33,662 nt of DNA from Chlamydiales bacterium. Lineage in GTDB: Bacteria; Chlamydiota; Chlamydiia; Chlamydiales; JBDQID01. The notes under the pieces were generated by a model. It was given only the letters and a program-made list of their open reading frames with translations. It was not told where the DNA came from and made no database searches. The translations under genes and the position numbers were made by a program. The stretch is taken from NCBI GenBank assembly GCA_047611865.1, contig JBLFWS010000019.1, positions 1-33,662 of the forward strand, in the 5' to 3' direction. How positions within the stretch are numbered: the first letter of the stretch is position 1; each line of letters begins with the position of its first letter. This document shows positions 8,874-18,285 of the stretch, in pieces.

Positions 8874-10740
8874 AGAACATTTGCTTGAAAGAAGCTCAGC
8901 CACGATCCACCTGACAGCCGCACAGGCAATGCTGCGCTATCTTGCTGCGCAACAAAGCGAGATGTTGGACGGAACAATAGAGCCTCTTTTCGGGGGTATG
9001 TTTGGCATTTTCGGTCACGGAAATGTTGCGGGCATGGGGGAGGCTCTCGCTAATTCCACAGCAAGTCTTCCCTTTTTCAGAGGACAAAATGAGCAGGGAA
9101 TGGCACATGCCGCTATAGCATTTGCAAAAGCAAATCGTTGTCGTAGAGTGATGGGGGTTACGACCTCTATAGGGCCGGGAGCAAGTAATTTGCTAACTGC
9201 GGCAACACTTGCGCATATCAACAGGTTGCCTGTGCTTTTTGTTCCGGGGGATGTTTTTGTTTCGAGAAGGCCTGACCCGGTCTTGCAGCAGCTTGAAGAT
9301 GAGGCAAGTCCTCTCCTGACAGCCAATAGTTGTTTTCAGCCAGTTAGTCGATATTTCGATTGTATCACACGCCCTGAACAAATTCTGACATCACTTCCGA
9401 GAGCCATACGCACTATGATGGACCCCGTACGTCGAGGTCCGGCTACACTTGCATTTCCTCAGGATGTGCAGACGGAAGCTTATGATTATCCTCTAGATTT
9501 TTTTGAACCTTGTGTTCACAAGGTCTTTAGGCCTGAACCCGACTCAAGACAATTGAAGCAATGCATCTCTTTGATGGAAAAGGCTAAAAAACCTCTCATC
9601 ATTGCCGGGGGAGGTGTCCATTATAGTGGAGCGACAGATGTTTTACGGCAGTTTTCAGAAAAACATTGTGTTCCTGTGGGAGAAACACAAGCCGGTAAAG
9701 CTTCCCTAAGATGGGATGATCCTCTGAACCTTGGAGGTATAGGGGTAACGGGTACAAGCTGTGCAAACAGAATCGCTTATGACAGTGACTTGGTATTATG
9801 TGTTGGAACCAGGCTTTCTGACTTTACAACTGCTTCCAAAACTTTGTTTCAGAACCCTGATGTTCAGTTTATAGGTTTGAATATTTCAAGCTTTGATGCT
9901 GCAAAGGTGAATGCCACAGCTTTAATTACGGATGCAAGACAGGGACTGTTGCTGTTAAGTGAGGGTTTAGGAGAGCATGAAACTTCTGTCGAGTACCAAG
10001 CTCTCTGTGGGCAAGAAATAGAAAAGTGGCATCAGTTTGCAGCTGGTGTGTGCCGTCCAGAATCTACGGGATTAGTAGGAGATGCCCACGTGTTGGCTGT
10101 GGTCAATGAGGTAGCAGGAGAGGAGGGGATCGTGGTTTCGGCTGCTGGAGGCCTCCCGGGAGAGTTGCACAAATTATGGAACTGTTCACTTGATGATGGC
10201 TATCATTTGGAATACGGTTATTCCTGCATGGGATACGAAATCGCTGGAGGACTTGGAGTGAAGATGGCCAAGCTCGAGCGAGAGGTATATGTCCTGGTAG
10301 GGGATGGTAGTTACCTGATGATGCATACGGAGCTTGTCACAGCACGACAAATGGGTTTGAAGCTAAATGTTATTGTCGTCGACAATAAAGGTTACGGATG
10401 TATCAACCGTTTACAACAGGGATGTGGCGGGAAACCCTTCGGAAATCTCTTGAGAAGCAAAGAGGGTAATGAAGTGGATATTGACTTTGCTCTGAATGCC
10501 CGTAGCTATGGCTGCCACGCAATTCATGTTTCAAGCCTTGAAGAACTGAAAAAGACTTTGTTAGAAAACCAGAGCATAGCAGAAACCTGTGTTACAGTCA
10601 TTGATACGGATCCATCCCTCAGTACCCCAGGCACTGTCTGGTGGGATGTGGCAATTGCTGAAACGTCTCCCCTGGAAGGGGTGGCTGAAGTACGCAAGGA
10701 CTACGAAGAAAAAGTAAATAGTGTAACTACACTTTGGTAA
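8854..10740 (+). CDS. iolD: 3D-(3,5/4)-trihydroxycyclohexane-1,2-dione acylhydrolase (TPP-dependent)
   Basis: IFGHGNVAG.GEAL, NEQGMAHAA, SIGPG, PDPVLQQLE, YHLEYGYSCMGYEIAG, GDGSYLM..., GYGCINRLQ. Confidence 0.95.
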   Translation: MTVLLSKEHLLERSSATIHLTAAQAMLRYLAAQQSEMLDGTIEPLFGGMFGIFGHGNVAGMGEALANSTASLPFFRGQNEQGMAHAAIAFAKANRCRRVMGVTTSIGPGASNLLTAATLAHINRLPVLFVPGDVFVSRRPDPVLQQLEDEASPLLTANSCFQPVSRYFDCITRPEQILTSLPRAIRTMMDPVRRGPATLAFPQDVQTEAYDYPLDFFEPCVHKVFRPEPDSRQLKQCISLMEKAKKPLIIAGGGVHYSGATDVLRQFSEKHCVPVGETQAGKASLRWDDPLNLGGIGVTGTSCANRIAYDSDLVLCVGTRLSDFTTASKTLFQNPDVQFIGLNISSFDAAKVNATALITDARQGLLLLSEGLGEHETSVEYQALCGQEIEKWHQFAAGVCRPESTGLVGDAHVLAVVNEVAGEEGIVVSAAGGLPGELHKLWNCSLDDGYHLEYGYSCMGYEIAGGLGVKMAKLEREVYVLVGDGSYLMMHTELVTARQMGLKLNVIVVDNKGYGCINRLQQGCGGKPFGNLLRSKEGNEVDIDFALNARSYGCHAIHVSSLEELKKTLLENQSIAETCVTVIDTDPSLSTPGTVWWDVAIAETSPLEGVAEVRKDYEEKVNSVTTLW

Positions 10741-10753
10741 TCAGGAGATAACT

Positions 10754-11734
10754 ATGCCCATTCGCATTGGAGCGAACCCTTTATGCTGGATGAACAGTGA
10801 CATACCTTCATTGGGAGCAGATATTCCCGTGGATCAGTGCGTTTCAGAAGTAGCTTTAATAGGCTACAAAGGTATTGAACTCGAAGATCCTTTGCGGAAA
10901 GCTTTACAGAAAATGCCTTCTATTCTTCAAGATAGAAACCTGGAACTGATCGGGGGGTGGCATAGTACTAATCTCCTTGAAAACGATATCCTTACTGAAA
11001 AAAGTCGTTTGAAGGAGCACCTGGATTTTCTACAGTCGCAAGGGAGTTCATTAGCAATTATTGGAGAATGTTCTTATGCGACACATAGAAATCCGGATAC
11101 AGGGCTTTCAAAGAGACCTGTGCTTGAGACTGATGAATGGCAACGTTTGTGCGAGGGCCTGGAGGCTTTGGCGGAATATGTTGAAGAAAGAGGCATGAAA
11201 ACGGCCTATCATCACCATATGGGTACAGTGGTTCAGTCAGAGGAAGATATCAATAAGCTAATGGATAAGACGAGTAAGTTGGGGCTCCTATTGGATACGG
11301 GGCATCTGGCGTACGCTCAGGCAAATCTCAAAAGTGTTTTGGAAAAACATATTAATAGGGTGACCCACGTCCATGCAAAAAATATTCGCTTTGGAGTATT
11401 GAAGGAACTTTTGGCTAAGGATAGTAGCTTCCCTGAAGCAATCCTTGAAGGGGTCTTTACGGTTCCTGGTGAAAACGGATACGACGATACGGATGGTTTG
11501 AATTTCTTAAAGCTGGTTCAACAGCTCGTTGAAATGGAGTACGATGGATGGTTAGTCATGGAAGCTGAGCAGGATCCTGCAAAAGCTCACCCCTTGACTT
11601 ATGCTCGAATAGGGTATCAATATCTTCACTACCTTTTATCAAAGGCTCTGCTATACAAGCATCCGACTCAATCCGTGGGCGGGGGTGTAATGCGTGATGT
11701 AGAAGTCGGTTCTTTAATGACTCCTTCTACGTAA
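10754..11734 (+). CDS. iolE: myo-inosose-2 dehydratase
   Basis: IGANPLCWMNSD, YHHHMGTVV, LLDTGHL, HVHAKN, GVFTVPG, YDGWLVMEAEQDP; AGGAG RBS. Confidence 0.92.
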   Translation: MPIRIGANPLCWMNSDIPSLGADIPVDQCVSEVALIGYKGIELEDPLRKALQKMPSILQDRNLELIGGWHSTNLLENDILTEKSRLKEHLDFLQSQGSSLAIIGECSYATHRNPDTGLSKRPVLETDEWQRLCEGLEALAEYVEERGMKTAYHHHMGTVVQSEEDINKLMDKTSKLGLLLDTGHLAYAQANLKSVLEKHINRVTHVHAKNIRFGVLKELLAKDSSFPEAILEGVFTVPGENGYDDTDGLNFLKLVQQLVEMEYDGWLVMEAEQDPAKAHPLTYARIGYQYLHYLLSKALLYKHPTQSVGGGVMRDVEVGSLMTPST

Positions 11735-11791
11735 TTTTTGTGAAATGGAGGCTCTTTTCCCATTAACGTCTTCAAATATAAGGAATGAATT

Positions 11792-13306
11792 ATGGTAATT
11801 TCTACTGCAAACAACACAAACTTATTTATAAATGGCGAATTTGTAGAGTCGACTTCGAATGAGATTTTGGATGTATCTAACCCAGCAACACAAGAGGTGA
11901 TTGCAAGGGTCCCCCTTTGTACACAAGAAGAGCTCAATCAAGCGGTACAGGCAGCCAAAGAAGCTTTCCCGGCATGGCGAGATACTCCTATTTCTACGCG
12001 TGCGCGTGTCTTTCTTAAGCTCCAAGCCCTTTTGAAAGAACATCAAGAGGAAATAGCTCGACTGATTACCTTGGAACACGGAAAGACTCACGAGGATGCT
12101 CTTGGTGATATTTACAGGGGATATGAAGTTGTAGAATATGCTGCGGGTATCGCTTCATTAATTATGGGTGAAGCAGTAGAAAATGTAGCTTCAGGCATAG
12201 ATACTCATTCTTACAGACAGCCTTTAGGGGTGGTAGCTGGAATTACACCTTTTAACTTTCCATCAATGGTCCCTTTGTGGATGTTTCCTCTGGCTATAGC
12301 AGCAGGGAACACGTTTATTTTGAAACCCTCAGAACAAACGCCTTTAACAGCAAATTTTATTGTAAAACTAGCTCACAAGGCGGGCTTGCCCAAAGGTGTC
12401 CTGAATTTAGTTCATGGTGCTGTCAACACTGTAAATGGGATTTGCGATCACCCTGATATTCGAGCTATCTCCTTCGTTGGATCCACAAAAGTTGGGCATC
12501 ATATTTTTGCAAGGGGAACAGCTAACGGAAAACGCGTTCAGGCACTCATTGGAGCTAAAAATCATTGCGTGATTCTTCCTGATGCAGATAAAGAACGAGC
12601 CATTATAGCAATGGCAGGTGCAGCTTTTGGAGCCTCAGGACAACGTTGTATGGCGATTTCCGCTGTAGTACTTGTGGGAGAAGCAAGAAAGTGGTTAGCT
12701 GATTTGGTGGAAAAAGCAAAGACAATGAAAGTATCTCAAGGGGATACAGAAGGTGCAGATCTTGGACCTTTGATTTCTCCCAATGCAAAAAACAGAGTAG
12801 AGTCACTCATAGAATCTGGTGTCAAACAAGGAGCATCTCTCGTTCTGGATGGTCGTGGTATTACGGTTAAGGGTTTTGAAAAAGGAAACTTTGTAGGGCC
12901 GACAATTTTCTCGGGTGTAAAGACCGACATGGATATTTATAAAGAGGAAATCTTTGGACCCGTCCTTTGTATTCTTGAAGCAGAAACTCTCGATGATGCT
13001 ATTCAGATGACTAATGATAACCCGAATGCAAATGGAGCGGCGATATTCACGCAATCTGGAGCGGCAGCACGTAAATTCCAACACCTTATTGATGCGGGAA
13101 TGGTGGGTGTAAATGTACCTATCCCTGTACCTTTACCCTTCTTCAGCTTTACTGGAGCTAAAGCTTCCTTTAGAGGAGACCTCCACGGCTATGGAAAGGA
13201 CGCGGTAAGATTTTATACCCAGCATAAAACGGTAACCAGTCGCTGGTTTGATGACGATGCGACACGTGAAAAAGTTAATACAACCATTCACCTAACGCAA
13301 AATTAA
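11792..13306 (+). CDS. iolA: CoA-acylating (methyl)malonate-semialdehyde dehydrogenase (IolA/MmsA)
   Basis: ITPFNFP.MVPLW, KPSEQ, SFVGST, GAKNH, GQRCMA (catalytic Cys), [17 protein letters not shown]. Confidence 0.93.
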   Translation: MVISTANNTNLFINGEFVESTSNEILDVSNPATQEVIARVPLCTQEELNQAVQAAKEAFPAWRDTPISTRARVFLKLQALLKEHQEEIARLITLEHGKTHEDALGDIYRGYEVVEYAAGIASLIMGEAVENVASGIDTHSYRQPLGVVAGITPFNFPSMVPLWMFPLAIAAGNTFILKPSEQTPLTANFIVKLAHKAGLPKGVLNLVHGAVNTVNGICDHPDIRAISFVGSTKVGHHIFARGTANGKRVQALIGAKNHCVILPDADKERAIIAMAGAAFGASGQRCMAISAVVLVGEARKWLADLVEKAKTMKVSQGDTEGADLGPLISPNAKNRVESLIESGVKQGASLVLDGRGITVKGFEKGNFVGPTIFSGVKTDMDIYKEEIFGPVLCILEAETLDDAIQMTNDNPNANGAAIFTQSGAAARKFQHLIDAGMVGVNVPIPVPLPFFSFTGAKASFRGDLHGYGKDAVRFYTQHKTVTSRWFDDDATREKVNTTIHLTQN

Positions 13307-13317
13307 GGAGGTGACCC

Positions 13318-14313
13318 ATGATCAATCTCAGCCTTATCGGGGCGGGTAAGATCGGGTCTATTCACGCTGAGCACGTGGCAGAAAATCCACGTGCCCAGCT
13401 GAAATATATCGTAGACCCTAATCTGGAAGCTGCAAGCAGGCTTGCAAGCAGATTCGGAGGAAAGGCTTCAGATAATGTAATGGATGCATTATCCGATCCG
13501 GATGTACATGGTGTCATCATTGCAAGCAGTACAGATACCCATGCTAATTTAATTAAACGTGCCGCAAAAAATGGAAAAGCTGTTTTTTGTGAAAAGCCTA
13601 TCGACTTGAATGTAGACCAGGTAGACGATTGCATAAAAGAGCTGGAAATAAGCGGAACTCCATGCCTGGTAGGGTTTAATAGACGCTTTGACCCAAACTT
13701 CCAAAATGTTTATCAGTCTATACAGGAAGGAAAAGTGGGCAAGGTAGAGTTTGTTCGTATAACCAGTAGAGACCCTCAACCACCACCTATCGATTATGTA
13801 AAAACGTCTGGTGGGCTTTTCCGAGACATGGCCATCCATGACTTTGATATGGCTTGTTGGTTGCTTGGTGAAGATCCAATTGAGGTCTACGCTACAGCTA
13901 GTTGTCTGGTGGATCCGGCAATTGCAGAAGCAGGGGATGTCGATACTGCTCTCATAACAATCAAATCTGCTAGCGGATCTTTATGTCAAATTACCAATAG
14001 CCGTCGTGCTTCTTGCGGGTATGATCAAAGAATCGAAATTCTTGGATCAAAAGGGGATTTAAAATCAGATGAAAGATTAGCTGTAACGCCTTTTGAGGCG
14101 AAAGGTGAAATTCCATTTTTTATCAGACGCTACAAGGAGTCCTACAAGATCGAGATGGAGCACTTTTTGGATATCATAAGAAAAGGGACTAAGCCTTTGG
14201 TTTCTGCAGAGTGTGGACGGAGGGCTCTTGTGCTGGCAGAAGCTGCGCAAATGTCTTTTATTACTAAAACCACTGTGCCACTGACTACGATTTCTTCTAT
14301 TTCGTTAATGTAA
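13318..14313 (+). CDS. iolG: Inositol 2-dehydrogenase (Gfo/Idh/MocA family)
   Basis: IGAGKIG Rossmann motif, CEKP, GFNRRFDP, SRDP, DMAIHDFD, YDQRIE; AAGGAGG RBS. Confidence 0.92.
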   Translation: MINLSLIGAGKIGSIHAEHVAENPRAQLKYIVDPNLEAASRLASRFGGKASDNVMDALSDPDVHGVIIASSTDTHANLIKRAAKNGKAVFCEKPIDLNVDQVDDCIKELEISGTPCLVGFNRRFDPNFQNVYQSIQEGKVGKVEFVRITSRDPQPPPIDYVKTSGGLFRDMAIHDFDMACWLLGEDPIEVYATASCLVDPAIAEAGDVDTALITIKSASGSLCQITNSRRASCGYDQRIEILGSKGDLKSDERLAVTPFEAKGEIPFFIRRYKESYKIEMEHFLDIIRKGTKPLVSAECGRRALVLAEAAQMSFITKTTVPLTTISSISLM

Positions 14314-14323
14314 GCAATTAATC

Positions 14324-14358
14324 ATGCGAAGCTGCAGTATTGCAGCTTCGCATTTTTT
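14324..14358 (+). terminator. Intrinsic terminator of the iol operon
   Basis: Perfect 13-bp stem ATGCGAAGCTGCA / TGCAGCTTCGCAT with GTAT loop and a T tract, 10 nt after the iolG stop. Confidence 0.85.
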
Positions 14359-14392
14359 CAGATCTTTTACACGATCTTGCCTGTTTTGTCGC

Positions 14393-15502
14393 TTACACAA
14401 ATGTGCTTTTACCGTGGGGAAGTCGGACTGTCATACAAACTCCTTCTGCAGGACTTGTGTTATTTATCTCCATGCTTCCGCCTAAGTCTGAAATTCTTTC
14501 CTGGATACCGATGAGACCAAAAGAGTTGTTTTTTTTTATTTCTTTTGAGTTAAGCCCTTTGCCATTGTCCTGGATCTTTAAAGTTAGGGCATCGTTCCTA
14601 TTGAGCAAAGATATATGGACAGAGCTTGCGTCGGCATGCTTCACAACATTGGTGAGTCCCTCCTGGAATATCCGAAAGAATGTGGTAGCAATGTGTGGCT
14701 CGTAGGTATCCGCACTTAAATCGAACTTTAATTGAATATCCATGTCGATATGCTTTTTGATTTCTTTGATTTGCCAGTCCATTGCGGCAGTTAGACCTAG
14801 ATTATCCAATAAACTGGGACGCAAATTAGTGGCTATCTTGCGGACGGACTGAATAGAGGTTTCCAGAGTTTCTTCCATTTGCGCAAGGGTCTCGCCAGGG
14901 TTTTGGCATAATGAAGGATGTTCTTTTTTCAACATGGAGAGGTCAATTTTTAAGACAACAAGAAGTTGGCCTAATTCATCATGGATCTCGCGAGCAATTC
15001 TTTTTCTTTCTTCTTCCTGAAGTAGGATGATTTTTTTTGATAGAGAGCGAAGACGCGTTTCGGATTCCTGTAGTTTTTCAATAAGCTTACTCTGCTGTGT
15101 GGATGTATTTCTTTGTTTCAAAGCGCGTTTTACGGAGTGAATAAGAACCTCATCATCGAAGGGTTTTTCAAGAAAGTCATAAACTTCGTTGTTAATAGCT
15201 TCAATTGCCGCATTTTTGTCTCCGTGCCCTGAGATCATTATAACGGGGATTTCGGGGGAAATTTTCTTTATTTCGTTTAAGAGTTCTAGCCCAGACATCC
15301 CTGGCATTTTCAGATCAGTGATGACAAGATCGCAGGATTTATTTTTAATGATCTTTAGAGCTTCAGCTGCGCTGGATACTTCTGTGACTTGAAATTCTTC
15401 CAAAATAAGAGAAAGAAGTTTTTGGATGCTTTTTTCATCGTCTACAACAAGGACTCTATTTTCCATAAGTGAGGATCTCTTCGTAAGGTTTGATTTATTC
15501 AT
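14393..15502 (-). CDS. Hybrid receiver + HisKA_3/HATPase histidine kinase
   Basis: REC domain (VLVVDDE, DLVITDLKMP, ISG, FLEKP) fused to EEERKRIAREIHDELGQ, FRIFQEGLTNVVKH, DNGKG, FGLIGIQERI. Confidence 0.9.
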   Translation of the reverse strand: MNKSNLTKRSSLMENRVLVVDDEKSIQKLLSLILEEFQVTEVSSAAEALKIIKNKSCDLVITDLKMPGMSGLELLNEIKKISPEIPVIMISGHGDKNAAIEAINNEVYDFLEKPFDDEVLIHSVKRALKQRNTSTQQSKLIEKLQESETRLRSLSKKIILLQEEERKRIAREIHDELGQLLVVLKIDLSMLKKEHPSLCQNPGETLAQMEETLETSIQSVRKIATNLRPSLLDNLGLTAAMDWQIKEIKKHIDMDIQLKFDLSADTYEPHIATTFFRIFQEGLTNVVKHADASSVHISLLNRNDALTLKIQDNGKGLNSKEIKKNNSFGLIGIQERISDLGGSMEINNTSPAEGVCMTVRLPHGKSTFV

Positions 15503-16814
15503 CAGATATTAAGGGTAGGAGGATCGTAAAGGTTGTTCCTTTCTCTGCTTGAGAGCTATGACTAATGCTACCATGGTGATTTTTAATGATCCCAAAGGAA
15601 ATGGATAAGCCAAGGCCAGTACCCTCTCCTACGTCTTTTGTAGTGAAAAAAGGATCGAATAACTTATCAGTAATTTTTTCGTCTATCCCCGGTCCGTTGT
15701 CTATGAAGTAGATAGCTACACTTTCTTCTAATCGAGTTGTTCGAATACAAATGTGACCGCCCTCATTTGGGTACTGGTGATTTACGGCATCTTTGGCATT
15801 AGAGAGCAAATTGACAAAGACTTGCTCCAGCTGAGTTTCGCTACAACTGATAAGAAATTTTTCCGGTGAGAGTTCCCAATCGAATTGAATGGAATTAAGA
15901 TCGAGCTGTGCTTTAAACCACTTGTGGGATTTTTTTAAGATTTTGTGAAGTGGGGAAGGGGTGTGCTCTTCAGGAGCTTGTCGGGAAAAGTCTCTGAAGT
16001 GATTGATGATGTCGGCCATCCTTTGGGAGTTTACTCGAATTTCGTTGATATAATCTCTTAGAGACTCGGAAAGGAGCCCTGATTTTTCCATTTCTTTTTC
16101 TATTTGAGTGTTGAAGCCACGGATTAGGAACAAAGGGTTGTTAAGTTCGTGTGCAAGGCCCGCAGACATTTCCCCAAGGGCTGCCAGTTTTCCCGTTTGT
16201 ATTAACTGGGTTTGAGTGTCCTGGAGATATTTAAGGACTTTGGAGTCGCGAGCATCTTTGGCTGACAAAACAAACCCCTTAAGCTCTCCTGAGGGTTGAG
16301 ATAAGTGATTTCCTGTGATAAATGCAGGGATTATTTCACCAGACGTATTATTGAAGTTTGCTTCTACTTCTTTTAAAGTATTTTGCTTGAGGAGCTCCAT
16401 GATCTTTGATTTATTCTGGAGCTCTAACTTGTCATTAAAAAGGATTTCAGAGATATGTTTTTTGCAAATCTCAGATTTTGAAACTTGTAAAAGTTCAAGC
16501 GTTTTTTTGTTTACCGAGAGAATATTCCCTTCGAGATCCATAACAAAGAGCATTTCGGACAATGAATTGATGATGGCTTGAACGTTTTCTTTGCTGTAGG
16601 TAGAGAACTGCATTTCCTCCCCTAGCATATTGAGGGAAAGCCCTAGTAAGGATATGGGGCTTCCGGAGTCGTCAATTTCGGCTTTTTCGGAAAAATTAAG
16701 CTGAGCGTAAGAGACTGTTAACTCTAAAAGGCCCTGAAGTTTTATCTCCAAGTCAGAGAGTTGATCTTTTATGGTAGCTTCGGGGCTCGTTTTTTTGACC
16801 GATTGCTTGTTCAT
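15495..16814 (-). CDS. Cytoplasmic PAS-domain sensor histidine kinase (NtrB-like HisKA)
   Basis: HAMP-like N-terminus, PAS (IINSLSEMLFVMDLEGNILSVN), AHELNNPL, QVFVNLLSNA, DNGPG, FDPFFTTK.VGEGTGLGLS; no TM helix; 8-nt overlap with the downstream gene. Confidence 0.92.
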   Translation of the reverse strand: MNKQSVKKTSPEATIKDQLSDLEIKLQGLLELTVSYAQLNFSEKAEIDDSGSPISLLGLSLNMLGEEMQFSTYSKENVQAIINSLSEMLFVMDLEGNILSVNKKTLELLQVSKSEICKKHISEILFNDKLELQNKSKIMELLKQNTLKEVEANFNNTSGEIIPAFITGNHLSQPSGELKGFVLSAKDARDSKVLKYLQDTQTQLIQTGKLAALGEMSAGLAHELNNPLFLIRGFNTQIEKEMEKSGLLSESLRDYINEIRVNSQRMADIINHFRDFSRQAPEEHTPSPLHKILKKSHKWFKAQLDLNSIQFDWELSPEKFLISCSETQLEQVFVNLLSNAKDAVNHQYPNEGGHICIRTTRLEESVAIYFIDNGPGIDEKITDKLFDPFFTTKDVGEGTGLGLSISFGIIKNHHGSISHSSQAEKGTTFTILLPLISDE

Positions 16815-16953
16815 TAAATTCTTTGTTTGGCCACAATATCTAAATATACAAAAGTATATTACTAATTGGTGTTTTTTTTGTATTGGTTATTTACTTGAGA
16901 ATATATTGCATAGCGGACTATATTGCGGATATTTGTAAAAATAAAAATAGGGC

Positions 16954-18285
16954 TTGACAATGTGTAGACCTAATCCCTGTGCCGAGCTGAATGTAAATGT
17001 TAATTTTGCCATAATGACTCTCAATGCTAAGGCAGATGCTGTAATCGATGAAAGATATATCGGAATTTTTAATGAAATGTTGTCAAATATTCAAGAGGGA
17101 TTTGGAGGAGAGAACCCCTCTGACGAGGTGGCAAAAAATCTACAAAATACACAAATGAAATTGGACACGCTTACTCTTAAAATAATTCGACGCAATAACG
17201 AAATGAACCTCACTAACTCGATATCCTCGGTACATCTAACGGGTATAAGTTTGAGAAAGGAGGAGCAACTCCAATCTGTTATTAAGCCCGGAGGGGTTCG
17301 TCAAGCAGGGAATACTTGCTATCTAGCATCAGTTTTACAGCAAATTGCTAATATCGATAGTTTATCCCGCCTTTTTGATAGTGGCTCACATACCTTGACG
17401 CAGTTCCATTTAGAGACTACAGAACAGTTTAAGCAAAGAGTTGTTCTGCAAAATCTAACTAGTGACATTATAGAATCCATAAAAATGGGGGGTGAGGTAG
17501 ACTCTAAAAAAATCAATCACTACAGATTTCAAATGGGCCTTTGTGGGTTTCCTTTCGAACATGGATCATATTCTCAAGAAGATGGAGCAAAAGCATTTCA
17601 ATGGCTTTTAGATCAAGCAAGCCATTCTGATGGTAGTGATGGTATCGTATACCTTCAGTCTACAGTTAAAGTGGATAGTTCAAGAGTCCTGGTTTTAGGA
17701 AATAATTCCTCTAATATAGCAGCACAAGTGCAAAAGGATCCCGCAGAATCCTTTCTTTCATTGGAGATCTCATCAAATAAGATCCGTAGTTTACCAGCAG
17801 CCTTAGAGTCATTCTTTACTGATGAAGCATTGGAGGATGGATTTCAATTTGATGGGAGGGCTCATAAGCTTCCTGCAAAAAAACAATTGGCCCTTCAAAA
17901 GTTCCCTGATCTACTCCCTGTACAACTTAAAAGATTTTCCAATAGTGGGGCCTTTAGCCGAAAGATCCGAAAGAAGGTTGAGATGCCTGAAGAATTGACT
18001 CTTTCTCGTGTATACTTGCCAGAAGGGTCGACTGAGACAGAGGATGGTAAATATGAATTAGTAGGGATTGTTCTTCATATTGGCACTCTAAGGAGTGGGC
18101 ACTACATAAGCTACGTGAAGTTTAAGGGGGAGTGGGTCTGTGCTGATGACAGTAAAGTAGAAGCAGAGTCCGGTAGACCGACATACCGTTTTAGAACAAG
18201 CAAGGACTATGGCTACCTCTATTACTACCAACGTGTCAGAACCGATGATCCTATGGGGATATCGGAATCAAAATCCAATAAGTAA
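16954..18285 (+). CDS. Ubiquitin-specific protease (USP/peptidase C19), candidate effector deubiquitinase
   Basis: Cys box GVRQAGNTCYLASVLQ, QEDG..F, LPVQLKRF, His box YELVGIVLHIG...SGHYISY...W...DDSKV, GYLYYYQR. Start may be ATG 16960. Confidence 0.9.
   Translation: MTMCRPNPCAELNVNVNFAIMTLNAKADAVIDERYIGIFNEMLSNIQEGFGGENPSDEVAKNLQNTQMKLDTLTLKIIRRNNEMNLTNSISSVHLTGISLRKEEQLQSVIKPGGVRQAGNTCYLASVLQQIANIDSLSRLFDSGSHTLTQFHLETTEQFKQRVVLQNLTSDIIESIKMGGEVDSKKINHYRFQMGLCGFPFEHGSYSQEDGAKAFQWLLDQASHSDGSDGIVYLQSTVKVDSSRVLVLGNNSSNIAAQVQKDPAESFLSLEISSNKIRSLPAALESFFTDEALEDGFQFDGRAHKLPAKKQLALQKFPDLLPVQLKRFSNSGAFSRKIRKKVEMPEELTLSRVYLPEGSTETEDGKYELVGIVLHIGTLRSGHYISYVKFKGEWVCADDSKVEAESGRPTYRFRTSKDYGYLYYYQRVRTDDPMGISESKSNK

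Noticed and set aside
8265..8903. 212-aa antisense ORF and other short overlapping ORFs in the track
   Set aside because: Shadow frames of well-supported genes, with no motifs.
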